Assembly (NCBI GenBank): GCA_963674945.2
Contig: CAXXWQ010000003.1
Coordinates: forward strand, 416,001 to 480,000
Source: an uncultured Desulfosarcina sp.
Lineage (GTDB): Bacteria; Desulfobacterota; Desulfobacteria; Desulfobacterales; Desulfosarcinaceae
DNA length: 64,000 nucleotides
Direction: 5' to 3'
The first letter of the stretch is position 1. Each line of letters begins with the position of its first letter. A program made the position numbers and the translations under genes. Below the pieces are notes generated by a model that was not told where the DNA came from, ran no database searches, and worked only from the letters and a program-made list of their open reading frames with translations. Below, piece by piece: positions 39,456 to 50,996 of this stretch.

Positions 39456-39623
39456 AGTCGGATAATTGGATCCACACTTGTACGAAACGCCCCTGAAAAA
39501 CAGGAGAAGCATATCTATAGTTTTACTTAATTTTTGTCAACTGATTTTATATCGAATTCTTCAGTTTTAATTAACACGTGGCCCTACGAACCCAATTTCT
39601 GGACAGGGCAGATGGAAGGCAAC

Positions 39624-40346
39624 CTATCGATCCAAGGAGATGTCCTCGGAGAGAATGACCGCTTCGGCAATATACCGAAGTGGCTTTCTGGAGTCCATGC
39701 TGCGCTTTTGGAGCCACCGAAAGGCATCCTCTCCTTTCATCTGGCGGCGATTCATCAGAATCTCCTTAGCGCGATCCACCATCTTGCGTGTCTCCAGCTC
39801 TTCTTGAATCACCTTGGCCTTGACCATGAGTTCCGCGTTCAGGATGGCAAGGGCCGCCTGATTGGCGACGGCGGTAAACATATTGATTTCCGCGTCGGAA
39901 AATGCGTGCGGCGCGGCCGTGAAACAGTTGAGCACACCGATGATGCGATCCTCCTTGACCGTCATCGGAATTCCGACCATGGACACCACCCCTAGCTTCC
40001 TGGCCATCTCTTTTTCCTTGAAGCGGGGGTTCTTCAGCACGTCGCTGATGGCGATGGGTCGCTTGTGGGTTACCACGTAGCCCACCACCCCTTCGTTCAA
40101 GGCCAGGGATCGATCCTTTACATATTCCGGATCGATGGATTGGGTCGCCTTCAAGCGGATCTGGGGCGGCTTCGATTGTTCATCGACGAGCCAGAGGGAG
40201 CAGATTTCCACACCGGTAACCTTGGCCGTAACCATGACGATCAGCTTGAGCAGGTCCTCCAGAAAATAGTCCGATGCAATGGCCTGGCTGATGTCTGTAA
40301 GAGCCTTGAGATAGGCATCATAAGTGGCTTGATCGAGCTTTTCCAT
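39624..40346 (-). CDS. GAF + ANTAR RNA-binding regulator
   Basis: GAF (EGVVGYV...IGVLN) then LETRKMVDRAKEILM...AFRWLQKRSMD. Confidence 0.92.
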   Translation of the reverse strand: MEKLDQATYDAYLKALTDISQAIASDYFLEDLLKLIVMVTAKVTGVEICSLWLVDEQSKPPQIRLKATQSIDPEYVKDRSLALNEGVVGYVVTHKRPIAISDVLKNPRFKEKEMARKLGVVSMVGIPMTVKEDRIIGVLNCFTAAPHAFSDAEINMFTAVANQAALAILNAELMVKAKVIQEELETRKMVDRAKEILMNRRQMKGEDAFRWLQKRSMDSRKPLRYIAEAVILSEDISLDR

Positions 40347-40517
40347 GATTGCGGATGGTACAACGATTGCTATTTATTTTCAATAATTTGTTTTGGTTAA
40401 TCCTTATTGACACAATTTTTATTGACTTTTAGTTATACTAAACTTAAATCGAAATAATTCATTTTAAATGCACTTGTATTCTCCTACTGTTGTTCCTATG
40501 GATAAATGAGGTAAATC

Positions 40518-41645
40518 ATGTGCCGTTTACTCGCCATCACGAGCAAGGAGTATGTTTCACCGCAAACTGCCGTAGAGGGACTTGCCGCCATGGGGGAAGG
40601 TTACGACGGGTCCGGTGTGGGTCTTCTGCTTCGCGATCTGGGCGGTCCATTTGCCCAAATGACGGATATTCCCATACTAAGCGGCATATTTTCCTCAAAA
40701 GGGCTCAAGCGACTGGACCGGTTCATGATGGACAAGGGGTTTACCACGAAATACAAGATCACCTTCAAGCCACGGCAACCGGTGCCGCCGTCTGTTCCCA
40801 AAAGGGACGTTTACCTCGTTCGGGCCTATGACTATCCCACGCAATGGGAAGAGATGGCGAACCAGGAGCGGCTCGATCGACTGGCGCCCATTCGACTCTG
40901 CCTGCGCGAAATGGGCGAGGCGGAGAAAGACATGATGGTCTTCTCGTTATGGCCGGATACGATTATGATCAAGGAGGTCGGTGATCCGGCGGCGGTCGCC
41001 GACTATCTGCAACTGGATCGAAACGATCTGATGGCCCGCGTGATCATGCTTCAGGGACGGCAGAACACCAATCATGAGATCGACCTGTACGCCTGCCATC
41101 CCTTCTTTTTGGAAGGTTTTTCCACCATGACCAACGGTGAGAACACGGCATTTTCCCAGAACCGTGATTTTCTCATGTCGAGAGGCATCTCGGGATACCA
41201 GGGCTATCTGTCGGATTCGGAGGTGTTCACCCACAGCCTTCATTACATCATCGGCCAGCTGGGATTGGGGCTGGGTTTCTATAAACACGGAATCACGCCG
41301 TTGTCCGACGAGGACATTCGAACGCATCCGGACGGTTCATTTCTCCAACAATTGAAATACTCCTGCCGTAATCTGATCATCGACGGCCCTAATTGCATCA
41401 TCGGCTGCCTTCCGGATACCACCTTATTCATGGTTCAGGATCGCAAAAAACTCAGACCCGGTGTCATCGGCAGTAACAATGGCACATTCGTCTTTTCATC
41501 GGAAATATGTGGCCTTGATGCCATCCTTCCACAAAGGGACAAGTCGAAAGACTTTCAGCCCATGCACCTGGACACCGCCATCGTCGGCCCGTTTCGCAAG
41601 CGGGTCGATATCTTGCAGCAGACTGACCCTGTCTTGGCAAACTAA
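40518..41645 (+). CDS. class II glutamine amidotransferase (glutamate synthase domain 1-like)
   Basis: N-terminal MCRL nucleophile, RQNTN, HPF, NGEN, DSEV, DRKKLRP. Confidence 0.85.
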   Translation: MCRLLAITSKEYVSPQTAVEGLAAMGEGYDGSGVGLLLRDLGGPFAQMTDIPILSGIFSSKGLKRLDRFMMDKGFTTKYKITFKPRQPVPPSVPKRDVYLVRAYDYPTQWEEMANQERLDRLAPIRLCLREMGEAEKDMMVFSLWPDTIMIKEVGDPAAVADYLQLDRNDLMARVIMLQGRQNTNHEIDLYACHPFFLEGFSTMTNGENTAFSQNRDFLMSRGISGYQGYLSDSEVFTHSLHYIIGQLGLGLGFYKHGITPLSDEDIRTHPDGSFLQQLKYSCRNLIIDGPNCIIGCLPDTTLFMVQDRKKLRPGVIGSNNGTFVFSSEICGLDAILPQRDKSKDFQPMHLDTAIVGPFRKRVDILQQTDPVLAN

Positions 41646-42061
41646 GTCCTTAGCCGGACGGCATTTCCTGCCTTAGATCATCTCCCGGCAAAGGCTTTAA
41701 TTGTCCTTCCGGATTCTTTGCCCACTCGACTGTTGTCCTGTTCATCGGCTTTTGGGCCTTTGCTTGTCATACTTTTTCATTCGCACTAAAATAGTACAAC
41801 ACTCTTTCGGCTTTGCGTCAATATTGTCAAAGTTTCATTCAGGCAACCGTATTTGGCGCGATTTTATATTTTTCGCGGGCATTGCCCGCTCCTGACTACA
41901 CCAACTAATAATTGGTTATTCGCTATACAATTTTTATTAAAAAGATACCTTTATGATAGCCTGAAAGGGCGGCCGGATTTAGTGATTAAAAGAAAGATTA
42001 GATGAAATAATAGTAGATGCTTTTATAATCCGTTAGAATCTTGATTTCCATTATACCTTTT

Positions 42062-43627
42062 GTAACCGTTCACGGGGCATTTTAGGGCTGACATCATGGC
42101 CTTTAACCCATTGAAAACAAAGCATAAATTGTGTGCACCGTAACTGCCTGAAATAATTTAAAATAAATCTAGATTTTTTCTTTTAACTATGTTAGAGTGC
42201 TTTTCATGGCACTCAAAAGACCATTTTCAGAACTCGATTGGCAACTGACACCAGAGGCGGTGAGAAATTACATCCTATATCTGGAACAGGCGCTTCATGA
42301 TATGCAAAAATGGGTTGAGACCCATGAAAAACGCATAGAGAAACTTGAAGTCCAGACCAAAATGAATTCTCGTAATTCCAGTAAACCGCCCTCATCCGAT
42401 CCGCCTTTTAGCAAGCAGAAAAGAAAACAGAAAAAGAGCAAGCGATCCAAAGGCGGACAAAAAGGACACAAACCGCACCAGCAACAACTGCTCGAGCCGA
42501 CAAAGCAACATTCGTTGATGCCAAAATGCTGCAGTTGTGGTCATTCGGTGTTCGATCAGGAAAAGATGAAGCCTTTTTACACCCATCAACAGATCGAACT
42601 TCCCAAAATCGAAATGGAAGTCAGCCACTATATTCTGCACAAGTGCGATTGCCCCAATTGCGGGAAGGTTGTCAAAGCCAAGCTGCCATCTGCCCTGTCG
42701 AGCGGATACGGTCCCCGATTTACCGCATTTGTTGGTGAATTAAGCGGTATTAAAGGGATGAGCCGAATGGACGTAAAGCAGTTATGCGACTCTGTGTTAG
42801 ACATTCCCATTGCTACGGGGACGATCCAAAAAATCGTTGACCGCACTTCAATGGCGATTTTGCCTGTGTATGAACGTATCGGGGGTATCGCCAGAAGTTT
42901 CTGGTGCAATTATATCGATGAGACCTCCTGGTTTACAGAAAACGATCTGCACTGGCTGTGGGCCATGGTCAACGAGCGGGTTGCTTTCTATCGCATAGAC
43001 CCGCATCGCTCCAAGGTGGCTTTCGAAGCACTCATCCAGGACTGGAACGGCATTCTGGTCAGCGACGGTTACGGCCTGTATCAAAAATGGGTTCACCGCC
43101 AGACGTGCCTGGCTCATCTAATCCGTAAGGCCGATTCTCTGGCGGAGAGAAAGAAGCCGGATTTACGTCGCTTCGGAGAAATCGTCGCCGCTTGGTTGAG
43201 ACAACTGGTATCGTTTGCCAAAGAGCCACCCGACCCAAAGCAATGGTCGGATTTTTATACATTCTTCTTGTTTACCGTGTCCCTTTGGGAACCCGATAAA
43301 ACGGATGCAGGAAAACTCGCTCGGCAGATCATCCGGGAAATGAACAACCTATGGGTGTTTATGGATCACAAGGGCGTCGATCCCACAAACAATCGTGCCG
43401 AAAGAGCGCTACGCTTTGGTGTATTGTGGCGGAAACGAAGCCTTGGCACCCAAAGCGAGAAAGGAAACCGTTGGGTTGAGCGGATATTGTCACTGAAAGA
43501 AACCTGTCGCTTACAAGCAAAGCAGACTTTTCCTTTTCTCGTGGAGTGCATTACTTCCTATTTTCGAAATTTAGAGCCAAACCTTTCCTGGATTTAATCC
43601 AATGGGTGTTACCCTGTGAATGCGTAC
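42062..43627 (+). mobile_element. IS66-family element, second copy (1566 bp)
   Basis: Same termini as 2928-4493; 8-bp TSD TACCTTTT at 42054-42061 and 43628-43635. Confidence 0.95.
42197..43597 (+). CDS. IS66 transposase (TnpC-like)
   Basis: Protein identical to 2958-4358 in the ORF track. Confidence 0.95.
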   Translation: MLFMALKRPFSELDWQLTPEAVRNYILYLEQALHDMQKWVETHEKRIEKLEVQTKMNSRNSSKPPSSDPPFSKQKRKQKKSKRSKGGQKGHKPHQQQLLEPTKQHSLMPKCCSCGHSVFDQEKMKPFYTHQQIELPKIEMEVSHYILHKCDCPNCGKVVKAKLPSALSSGYGPRFTAFVGELSGIKGMSRMDVKQLCDSVLDIPIATGTIQKIVDRTSMAILPVYERIGGIARSFWCNYIDETSWFTENDLHWLWAMVNERVAFYRIDPHRSKVAFEALIQDWNGILVSDGYGLYQKWVHRQTCLAHLIRKADSLAERKKPDLRRFGEIVAAWLRQLVSFAKEPPDPKQWSDFYTFFLFTVSLWEPDKTDAGKLARQIIREMNNLWVFMDHKGVDPTNNRAERALRFGVLWRKRSLGTQSEKGNRWVERILSLKETCRLQAKQTFPFLVECITSYFRNLEPNLSWI

Positions 43628-45057
43628 TACCTTTTTAATCGGTGGCGTAACGTATTTCGACTAATCCCGAGCATCCGGGCGGCTTTGACCTGATTATTAC
43701 CGCATTCTTCAAGGACTTTCAGAATGATGGTCTTTTCCACGGTCTCAATGATATTGGTATGAATGCCTTCTTTGAATAGCTGGATTACTTCCGGTAGAAT
43801 ATTTTGAATCTTGTCTTTTAAACGACTCATCACCTGCTGTCGGTTTAAGGTCTGAGCACAGAGCTCTTTTTGTTTGTCCAGAAGCTCGATATGCTCTTCC
43901 ATTATAACGTCTCCGGCACAGAGGATAACAGCCCGCCGCAGGCAGTTTTCCAACTCGCGAATATTTCCAGGCCAGGAATAGGTTGTAAAATGATGTAAGA
44001 CCTCTTCCGACACACGACGGATCGGTTTGCTGTATTCGGCCCCGAACCGGCCGATAAAATAATCCATCAGTTCCGGGATATCTTCGGATCTTTTTCTTAA
44101 CGGCGGAAGGTCAATGGCAATGACTTTCAGCCGCCAATATAGATCTTCTCTAAACAATCCTTCCTGAACTGCTATGGAGAGGTCCTTGTTGGTTGCCGCA
44201 ATAATACGGACATCGACTTTGATGGTTTTTACGCCCCCTAACCTTTCAATCTCGCCTTCCTGCAAAACACGAAGCAATTTGGCCTGTAAGGCCATGGATA
44301 TGTCCCCAATTTCATCCAAAAAACAGGTCCCCCCGTTTGCTCGCTCGATTTTACCGATTTTGGTGCGAGAGGCACCGGTAAATGCACCGGGTTCATAGCC
44401 GAACAACTCACTTTCGAAAAGTTGCTCCGGTATGGCGGCGCAATTAATGGCAAGAAACGGTTTTTCCTTTCGTCGGCTGTGGTGATAAATGGCTTTTGCC
44501 GCCAGTTCTTTTCCGGTACCACTTTCACCGGTGAGCAGCACCGCCACGTTTTTTTCTGCAATCTGGCCGATGGTTTTATAGACCGATTGCATAGTTTTGC
44601 TCCGTCCTACCATTTTCAACGTCTTATCCAAAGAAGCCATTTCAAATGGAGAAACCGCATCGGGAATCAAGACAACTTCCTTCATTCGGCGGTTCAATTC
44701 CAAGGCCTCGCTGACAATACGGCTAAGCTCCTTTCTTTCAAATGGTTTGCTTAAATAATCATAAGCCCCCCGTTTTATGGTTTCGATGGCCGTATCGGTG
44801 CTGCCGTATGCGGTCATGATGATAATCGGAGTTTTAACCTGCGCATCTTTGATTCTTTTTAACGTGTCCAGCCCGTTAAGTCCCGGCATCTTATAATCCA
44901 ACAGAATCAGATCGAAACTTTCATCGTTGATTTTCCTGATGGCGTCTTCACCGCTGAGACAAGTGGTCACGTCATACCCTTTTCTCTTGAAAAACCGGTT
45001 GAGAAAATGGTTTAAACCTTCGTCATCGTCAATGAGTAATATTTTTTCCATTTGCAT
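43627..45057 (-). CDS. sigma54-dependent response regulator (NtrC family), last 10 codons displaced by IS66
   Basis: REC, GESGTGKE, GAFTGA, Fis HTH. Confidence 0.93.
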   Translation of the reverse strand: MQMEKILLIDDDEGLNHFLNRFFKRKGYDVTTCLSGEDAIRKINDESFDLILLDYKMPGLNGLDTLKRIKDAQVKTPIIIMTAYGSTDTAIETIKRGAYDYLSKPFERKELSRIVSEALELNRRMKEVVLIPDAVSPFEMASLDKTLKMVGRSKTMQSVYKTIGQIAEKNVAVLLTGESGTGKELAAKAIYHHSRRKEKPFLAINCAAIPEQLFESELFGYEPGAFTGASRTKIGKIERANGGTCFLDEIGDISMALQAKLLRVLQEGEIERLGGVKTIKVDVRIIAATNKDLSIAVQEGLFREDLYWRLKVIAIDLPPLRKRSEDIPELMDYFIGRFGAEYSKPIRRVSEEVLHHFTTYSWPGNIRELENCLRRAVILCAGDVIMEEHIELLDKQKELCAQTLNRQQVMSRLKDKIQNILPEVIQLFKEGIHTNIIETVEKTIILKVLEECGNNQVKAARMLGISRNTLRHRLKR

Positions 45058-46900
45058 AGGGTTCTTCAGATGTTATCGGGAGAATAAGGGAAATGACGGC
45101 ACCGCCTTTTTCCTGGTTGTTTACATGGATTTCTCCATTATGGCTTTTTATAGTGTTAAATACCATGGGCAGCCCAAGGCCCGTTCCTGCTGATTTAGTA
45201 GTAAAAAAAGGGTCAAAAATAAAATCAATGTTTTCCAGGGAAATCCCTGGCCCCGAATCCATAATATCGATGCGGATAACAGGAACCGGAAATTTGCCGG
45301 CCCCTGTTATTTTCATGGTTTCCGGTTTTACGGTTATCTGGATCATCCCATTCTCCTGCATGGCTTCCAAGGCATTGATAAAAAGATTGATCAACGCCTC
45401 TTCAAGCAATTTCTTGTCCCCGGTTATTTCGGGCAAATTTTGCGCCACATGGGTTTTGACCACACTTTCCTGTTTGTTGGCCAGAGGTCGAATCAGTGAA
45501 ACAACGTCCGCAATCAGTTGCGCCATAGAAATTTTCGAAAAAACCATTTCCTTTGGCTTGGTATAATCCAACAATCGGTTAATAGCAGCTTCGATACGAG
45601 ATATCTGCCCCATACCAATGATAAAATCTTCTGCATATTCCTGTGAAATTTCGATTTCGCCCTGGATGGATTCCAAAAATAGCTTGAGAGAAGTCAAGGG
45701 GGTGCGGATTTCATGAGCAACGGCGGCACCCAAGCGCCCCAAGGCGGCAAATTTCTCCGACCGTTCGGCGATGAGTTTAAATTGTTTCAGCGTCTGATCG
45801 GTTTCTTTAAGTTCCGCGGCTTTCAGGTTGAATTGATGTTCAAGCGTGTTTTGCCTATACTGAATCTTCTGAGCCATGTCTGCAAAAGCACGGCATAAAA
45901 CCCCGATTTCATCCCGACGTTGGGTCTGAAAGATTTCGGTATTGAAATCGGCTACGGCAAGGAATTTCGCTGATCGGCTAAGGTTCCGGACCGGCCTGAT
46001 AACATGGTATGAAAAGACCCAAGTCAGCATGAATGCGCTACTAATGGCCAGAACAATCATAATATAGACGAGGCGTTTCAAACTGTCCATGCTTTGAAAC
46101 GCCTCATCCCTATCCTGTTCAACCACGATGTACCAATCCGTCCCTCCAACCTGACGGGAGGTTCCTAACACCTCGATGTTGCGATAATCCAGATAAGTTT
46201 TTTTTGGCCCCCTGCTCCCGAAAAGGTTTTTAAAGCTTTCCGATTGAGAGATATTTTCCGTTAAAATACGTCCAGGTTCCTTATGAGCGAGAAAGGTCCC
46301 ATTCTTATCTACAAGATAGCATTCACCGGTTTCTCCAAGAGCCACCTGCAAAATAATGGTGATGATATTATTGGTTCCCACAGTACCAAAAACGGTGCCG
46401 ATACGATCGCCGTTGTCAAAAATCGGTGCAGTAATTCGAAAAGTTGATTCCCTTTCCTTTGGGAGATAGGTAATGGGAGAAAGAACAAGGGGTTTGGTAG
46501 AACAGCCGGATAGGTGAGCAGTATCAAATTTTGGATACGTTTCGTTTGTACTCAAAACGAAATCATTTTGAGCAGACAGCACCGAGATATCGTTGTACAC
46601 CCCGTAATGGATTTGTATCAGCTTGAGATATGGGGCAATCAATGCCGGGTCCAACGATTTTAATAGTGATGTACCGGCAATCACCTGCATATCCTGTTTG
46701 CGTTCCTCCAGCCACCGCTCCAGTATGGCAGCCTTGTCTGTGGCAATGTTTTCAAGTTGACGCAATACCAGATTTTCAATTAGCGATTCGGTAGTATTGA
46801 TGGAAAATACGCCAACCACGGCTAAAGGAAAAAGTGCAAGCACCAAAAACAGGAGCACCAGCTTGGTTTTAAGTGCAAAAAACTTTTTAAAGAACCTCAA
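45029..46900 (-). CDS. Cache/HAMP sensor histidine kinase
   Basis: Two TM helices, HEIRTPL, DSGPGI, GTGLGL. Confidence 0.92.
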   Translation of the reverse strand: MRFFKKFFALKTKLVLLFLVLALFPLAVVGVFSINTTESLIENLVLRQLENIATDKAAILERWLEERKQDMQVIAGTSLLKSLDPALIAPYLKLIQIHYGVYNDISVLSAQNDFVLSTNETYPKFDTAHLSGCSTKPLVLSPITYLPKERESTFRITAPIFDNGDRIGTVFGTVGTNNIITIILQVALGETGECYLVDKNGTFLAHKEPGRILTENISQSESFKNLFGSRGPKKTYLDYRNIEVLGTSRQVGGTDWYIVVEQDRDEAFQSMDSLKRLVYIMIVLAISSAFMLTWVFSYHVIRPVRNLSRSAKFLAVADFNTEIFQTQRRDEIGVLCRAFADMAQKIQYRQNTLEHQFNLKAAELKETDQTLKQFKLIAERSEKFAALGRLGAAVAHEIRTPLTSLKLFLESIQGEIEISQEYAEDFIIGMGQISRIEAAINRLLDYTKPKEMVFSKISMAQLIADVVSLIRPLANKQESVVKTHVAQNLPEITGDKKLLEEALINLFINALEAMQENGMIQITVKPETMKITGAGKFPVPVIRIDIMDSGPGISLENIDFIFDPFFTTKSAGTGLGLPMVFNTIKSHNGEIHVNNQEKGGAVISLILPITSEEPYANGKNITH

Positions 46901-46941
46901 TATGCAAATGCCTCGCTTTTACCTTCAAAATATTTTTCCTG

Positions 46942-49542
46942 TTATATCCAGCAACACACAAGTTCCTGCGTAACCACATCCGACTTGATGACCAATTCCC
47001 GGTTTTTTAAATCATAGACCTTTACCACATGGGCAAATCCCTCATCCTGGGGACGAATTTGAGAAAGCATGTTGGGCAATTCGGAAAGCAATTCCGGCCG
47101 GAACACGACATCCGTATTTTCCGGATAAATCGCAGCATAAAAAATACGTGTCTCGGTAAGATCATGAAAAAAATGGGTGCCGAAGGAGAGGTCTGGAATC
47201 ATGCTGCCGGGCTGATAGCTGATTTCCATCAGGGCGGTAACGTGATTAATTTCGGAAAATTTTACCGGCACACCCATGGCCGGGGTCTGCGTTCCCCAGC
47301 GACCCGGCCCCATGATCATGGTGGGATTTTTTTTCGGGTCCACGATTTCCCTGTTGAGCTTTCCGATGAGGCGGGCCACGCTGTACTTTTCCGATAATGA
47401 TGTGCTTGCGTAGTTTTCCGGTTCCACCCAGATCAGGCTGGTGATGGGAAACGAGACATTGCCCCCCATGAAATTCCCTTCCATCCGTATAAAGACCTTT
47501 TTCGGATCAATTTTTTGCGGAACGGGTATATCGGTGGTGTTGTAAATGGTCTGGAACGGACGGCATTGCAACAGGTTGACCTGGATATCACCCGCTGAAT
47601 TATGGTTAATTGTGAATTCTATTTCAACCGGCGTGGCATAGGCGCGCTCAATGGTTTTAAGCATTCGTCCCATGATGTCGACAAAAGGTGTGTGGGTCAA
47701 AAAATCATCAAAGGTCAATATCCATTGTGCTTCCAGAGATTTATTCATGCCGTAGCTTTTGGCTTTGTCGTCCCGGACGGCAATGGCCGACATATCGATG
47801 TCCCGGACTTTTCTGGCCAGTTCCCATAGTGAAATTGTTTTTACGATGTTTTCCCTAAGATCCAGATAATCCACGTAATGCTGCGAGTATTTTTTGATGT
47901 CCCGCATGCCGGCAAGGGGTTTGATTATGGGATCATCCATCGCCACAATTCGTGGATAGTCATTTTCAACCCGATTCACGGCACGGGTTCCAAGCCCCAT
48001 GACCAGCCTCAGCATTCCGGCCCCGGGGTCCATGTTTTTTTTCCAGACATAGGGGTTATGGGACAACCCTACACCGGCGAGTTCCGGAAAAAAATAGTTA
48101 TGATGATCAGACCCGGACACCCGCTGCACCATGATGGCCATTTGCTCATCCATTTGGTCCAGCCCCCTCTGGCGCCTGTAGGCAAGCGCGTCTTCACTCA
48201 TTGTTCCTGCAAAGATGCGCTTTACCGCATCCTCAAACGCTTCATAGCGTTTTTCCGGAGAAGCCTGATTGACGCAGAAGAAACTGTCATACCGCCCGGC
48301 GAATGCACTGCCGAAGGCGTCTTCCAACAGACTGCTGGAACGAACGATAATGGGAGACTGCCCAAAATAATCCAGCATGAGTCGAAACCGCTCCCGGATG
48401 GATTCGGGGAAAGTCCCTGAAAAAATTTTACGTTCCAGTTCAGCGGCTCTCGAGAAATACCCTTCCGGGGTTTTTTGGGCCATGAAAAGTTTCCACCACC
48501 CATTTTGGACGATATAGGAGTAGAACACATCGGAACCAATATAAAACGAATCATGTGGCTCCAAGGTACGCAGCCAGTCGTATCCCGGATCTTTGAGTAT
48601 TATCTTTCTCGAAAGCACCATGCCAAGCGCCTTACCCCCGACAAATCCCGTACCGATTAATCTCTCCTTGATGAAAAGCAGATCATCGAGGGACAAAAAC
48701 CGTCGAATCAATCCCAAAATCCTTTTATTACGGCTTAACAACAGGCGGCTGAGCTGTTCCACCTTGTCTTCTTTTTCCCTTGGATCTGCGTTGGATACCA
48801 GAAGGTTTTGGGCCTGTATAAAAAGATGGTCCCAGTAATCCAGAATCCGCTGCGCATTTGCGGCTTTTTCCCGCTGAAGATGGGAAAACAGACGTGTGGC
48901 TTCTACACTGTTGATCACCGGAACCAGAGTGGATTTTTCCTTGATATGGGGGAAAAACATGGTAGAGGCATAACGGCCCTGAATCTTGATAGGATGAATA
49001 CAGAGTTTGCGTTCGTAGCTATAGATATCAATGAGGACTTGGGTGGTTTCCCTGATGCCGGCAATGGCTTTGAAGGAATGGCGATTTCGCAAAATCGCGA
49101 AATAGGCAATGGTATTCAGTTCGAAGAGATAAGGACAAGTGACGAAAAAGAAGTTGACGATCATCAGATCCGTGGCCCATTCGTGGAGAAGGTCCGACAG
49201 GGAATCAAACACATAAAATATGTCTTTGCCTTCCCGGGTGATGATGCCGTGAACTTGTGTGGTAAACGATTCAAAGCCCGCTGTTACATCCAAATCATAT
49301 ATCCGGATATTCCGGCGTGGAGCCAAAATCGGGGCATGCCGGGCAAAACGCATATATACCACTCGCTCGTTGGTGGCCACGGCATTGTTTACAAAATATG
49401 ATACTAATTTGCGATAGGCATCAATATCATCCACCTGCCAAACCACATTGTCTCCCCTGCGAAGATGGTCGATGATATTGTCCAGACTTTCCCAACCCGT
49501 ACTGACATGTGAGTAGTATGCCATGCTTTCTTTCCCATGCAC
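46942..49542 (-). CDS. PEP/pyruvate-binding (PEP synthase-like ATP-grasp) protein with degenerate RecA/KaiC-like N-terminus
   Basis: VGGKALG, IVRSSSLLED..FAG, GLGTRAV, LLQCRP, GPGRWG, GTHFF. Confidence 0.8.
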   Translation of the reverse strand: MHGKESMAYYSHVSTGWESLDNIIDHLRRGDNVVWQVDDIDAYRKLVSYFVNNAVATNERVVYMRFARHAPILAPRRNIRIYDLDVTAGFESFTTQVHGIITREGKDIFYVFDSLSDLLHEWATDLMIVNFFFVTCPYLFELNTIAYFAILRNRHSFKAIAGIRETTQVLIDIYSYERKLCIHPIKIQGRYASTMFFPHIKEKSTLVPVINSVEATRLFSHLQREKAANAQRILDYWDHLFIQAQNLLVSNADPREKEDKVEQLSRLLLSRNKRILGLIRRFLSLDDLLFIKERLIGTGFVGGKALGMVLSRKIILKDPGYDWLRTLEPHDSFYIGSDVFYSYIVQNGWWKLFMAQKTPEGYFSRAAELERKIFSGTFPESIRERFRLMLDYFGQSPIIVRSSSLLEDAFGSAFAGRYDSFFCVNQASPEKRYEAFEDAVKRIFAGTMSEDALAYRRQRGLDQMDEQMAIMVQRVSGSDHHNYFFPELAGVGLSHNPYVWKKNMDPGAGMLRLVMGLGTRAVNRVENDYPRIVAMDDPIIKPLAGMRDIKKYSQHYVDYLDLRENIVKTISLWELARKVRDIDMSAIAVRDDKAKSYGMNKSLEAQWILTFDDFLTHTPFVDIMGRMLKTIERAYATPVEIEFTINHNSAGDIQVNLLQCRPFQTIYNTTDIPVPQKIDPKKVFIRMEGNFMGGNVSFPITSLIWVEPENYASTSLSEKYSVARLIGKLNREIVDPKKNPTMIMGPGRWGTQTPAMGVPVKFSEINHVTALMEISYQPGSMIPDLSFGTHFFHDLTETRIFYAAIYPENTDVVFRPELLSELPNMLSQIRPQDEGFAHVVKVYDLKNRELVIKSDVVTQELVCCWI

Positions 49543-49555
49543 CCACCAACATTCA

Positions 49556-49598
49556 AAAGGATGATTTGAAGGGATAAAATCCCCTCAAATCATCCTTT
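49556..49598 (-). terminator. hairpin/terminator downstream of gdhA
   Basis: AAAGGATGATTTGAAGGGA-TAAAA-TCCCCTCAAATCATCCTTT. Confidence 0.6.
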
Positions 49599-49622
49599 GT
49601 ACTGGTTTGGCCGGGGTTGGAT

Positions 49623-50996
<1,374 letters not shown>

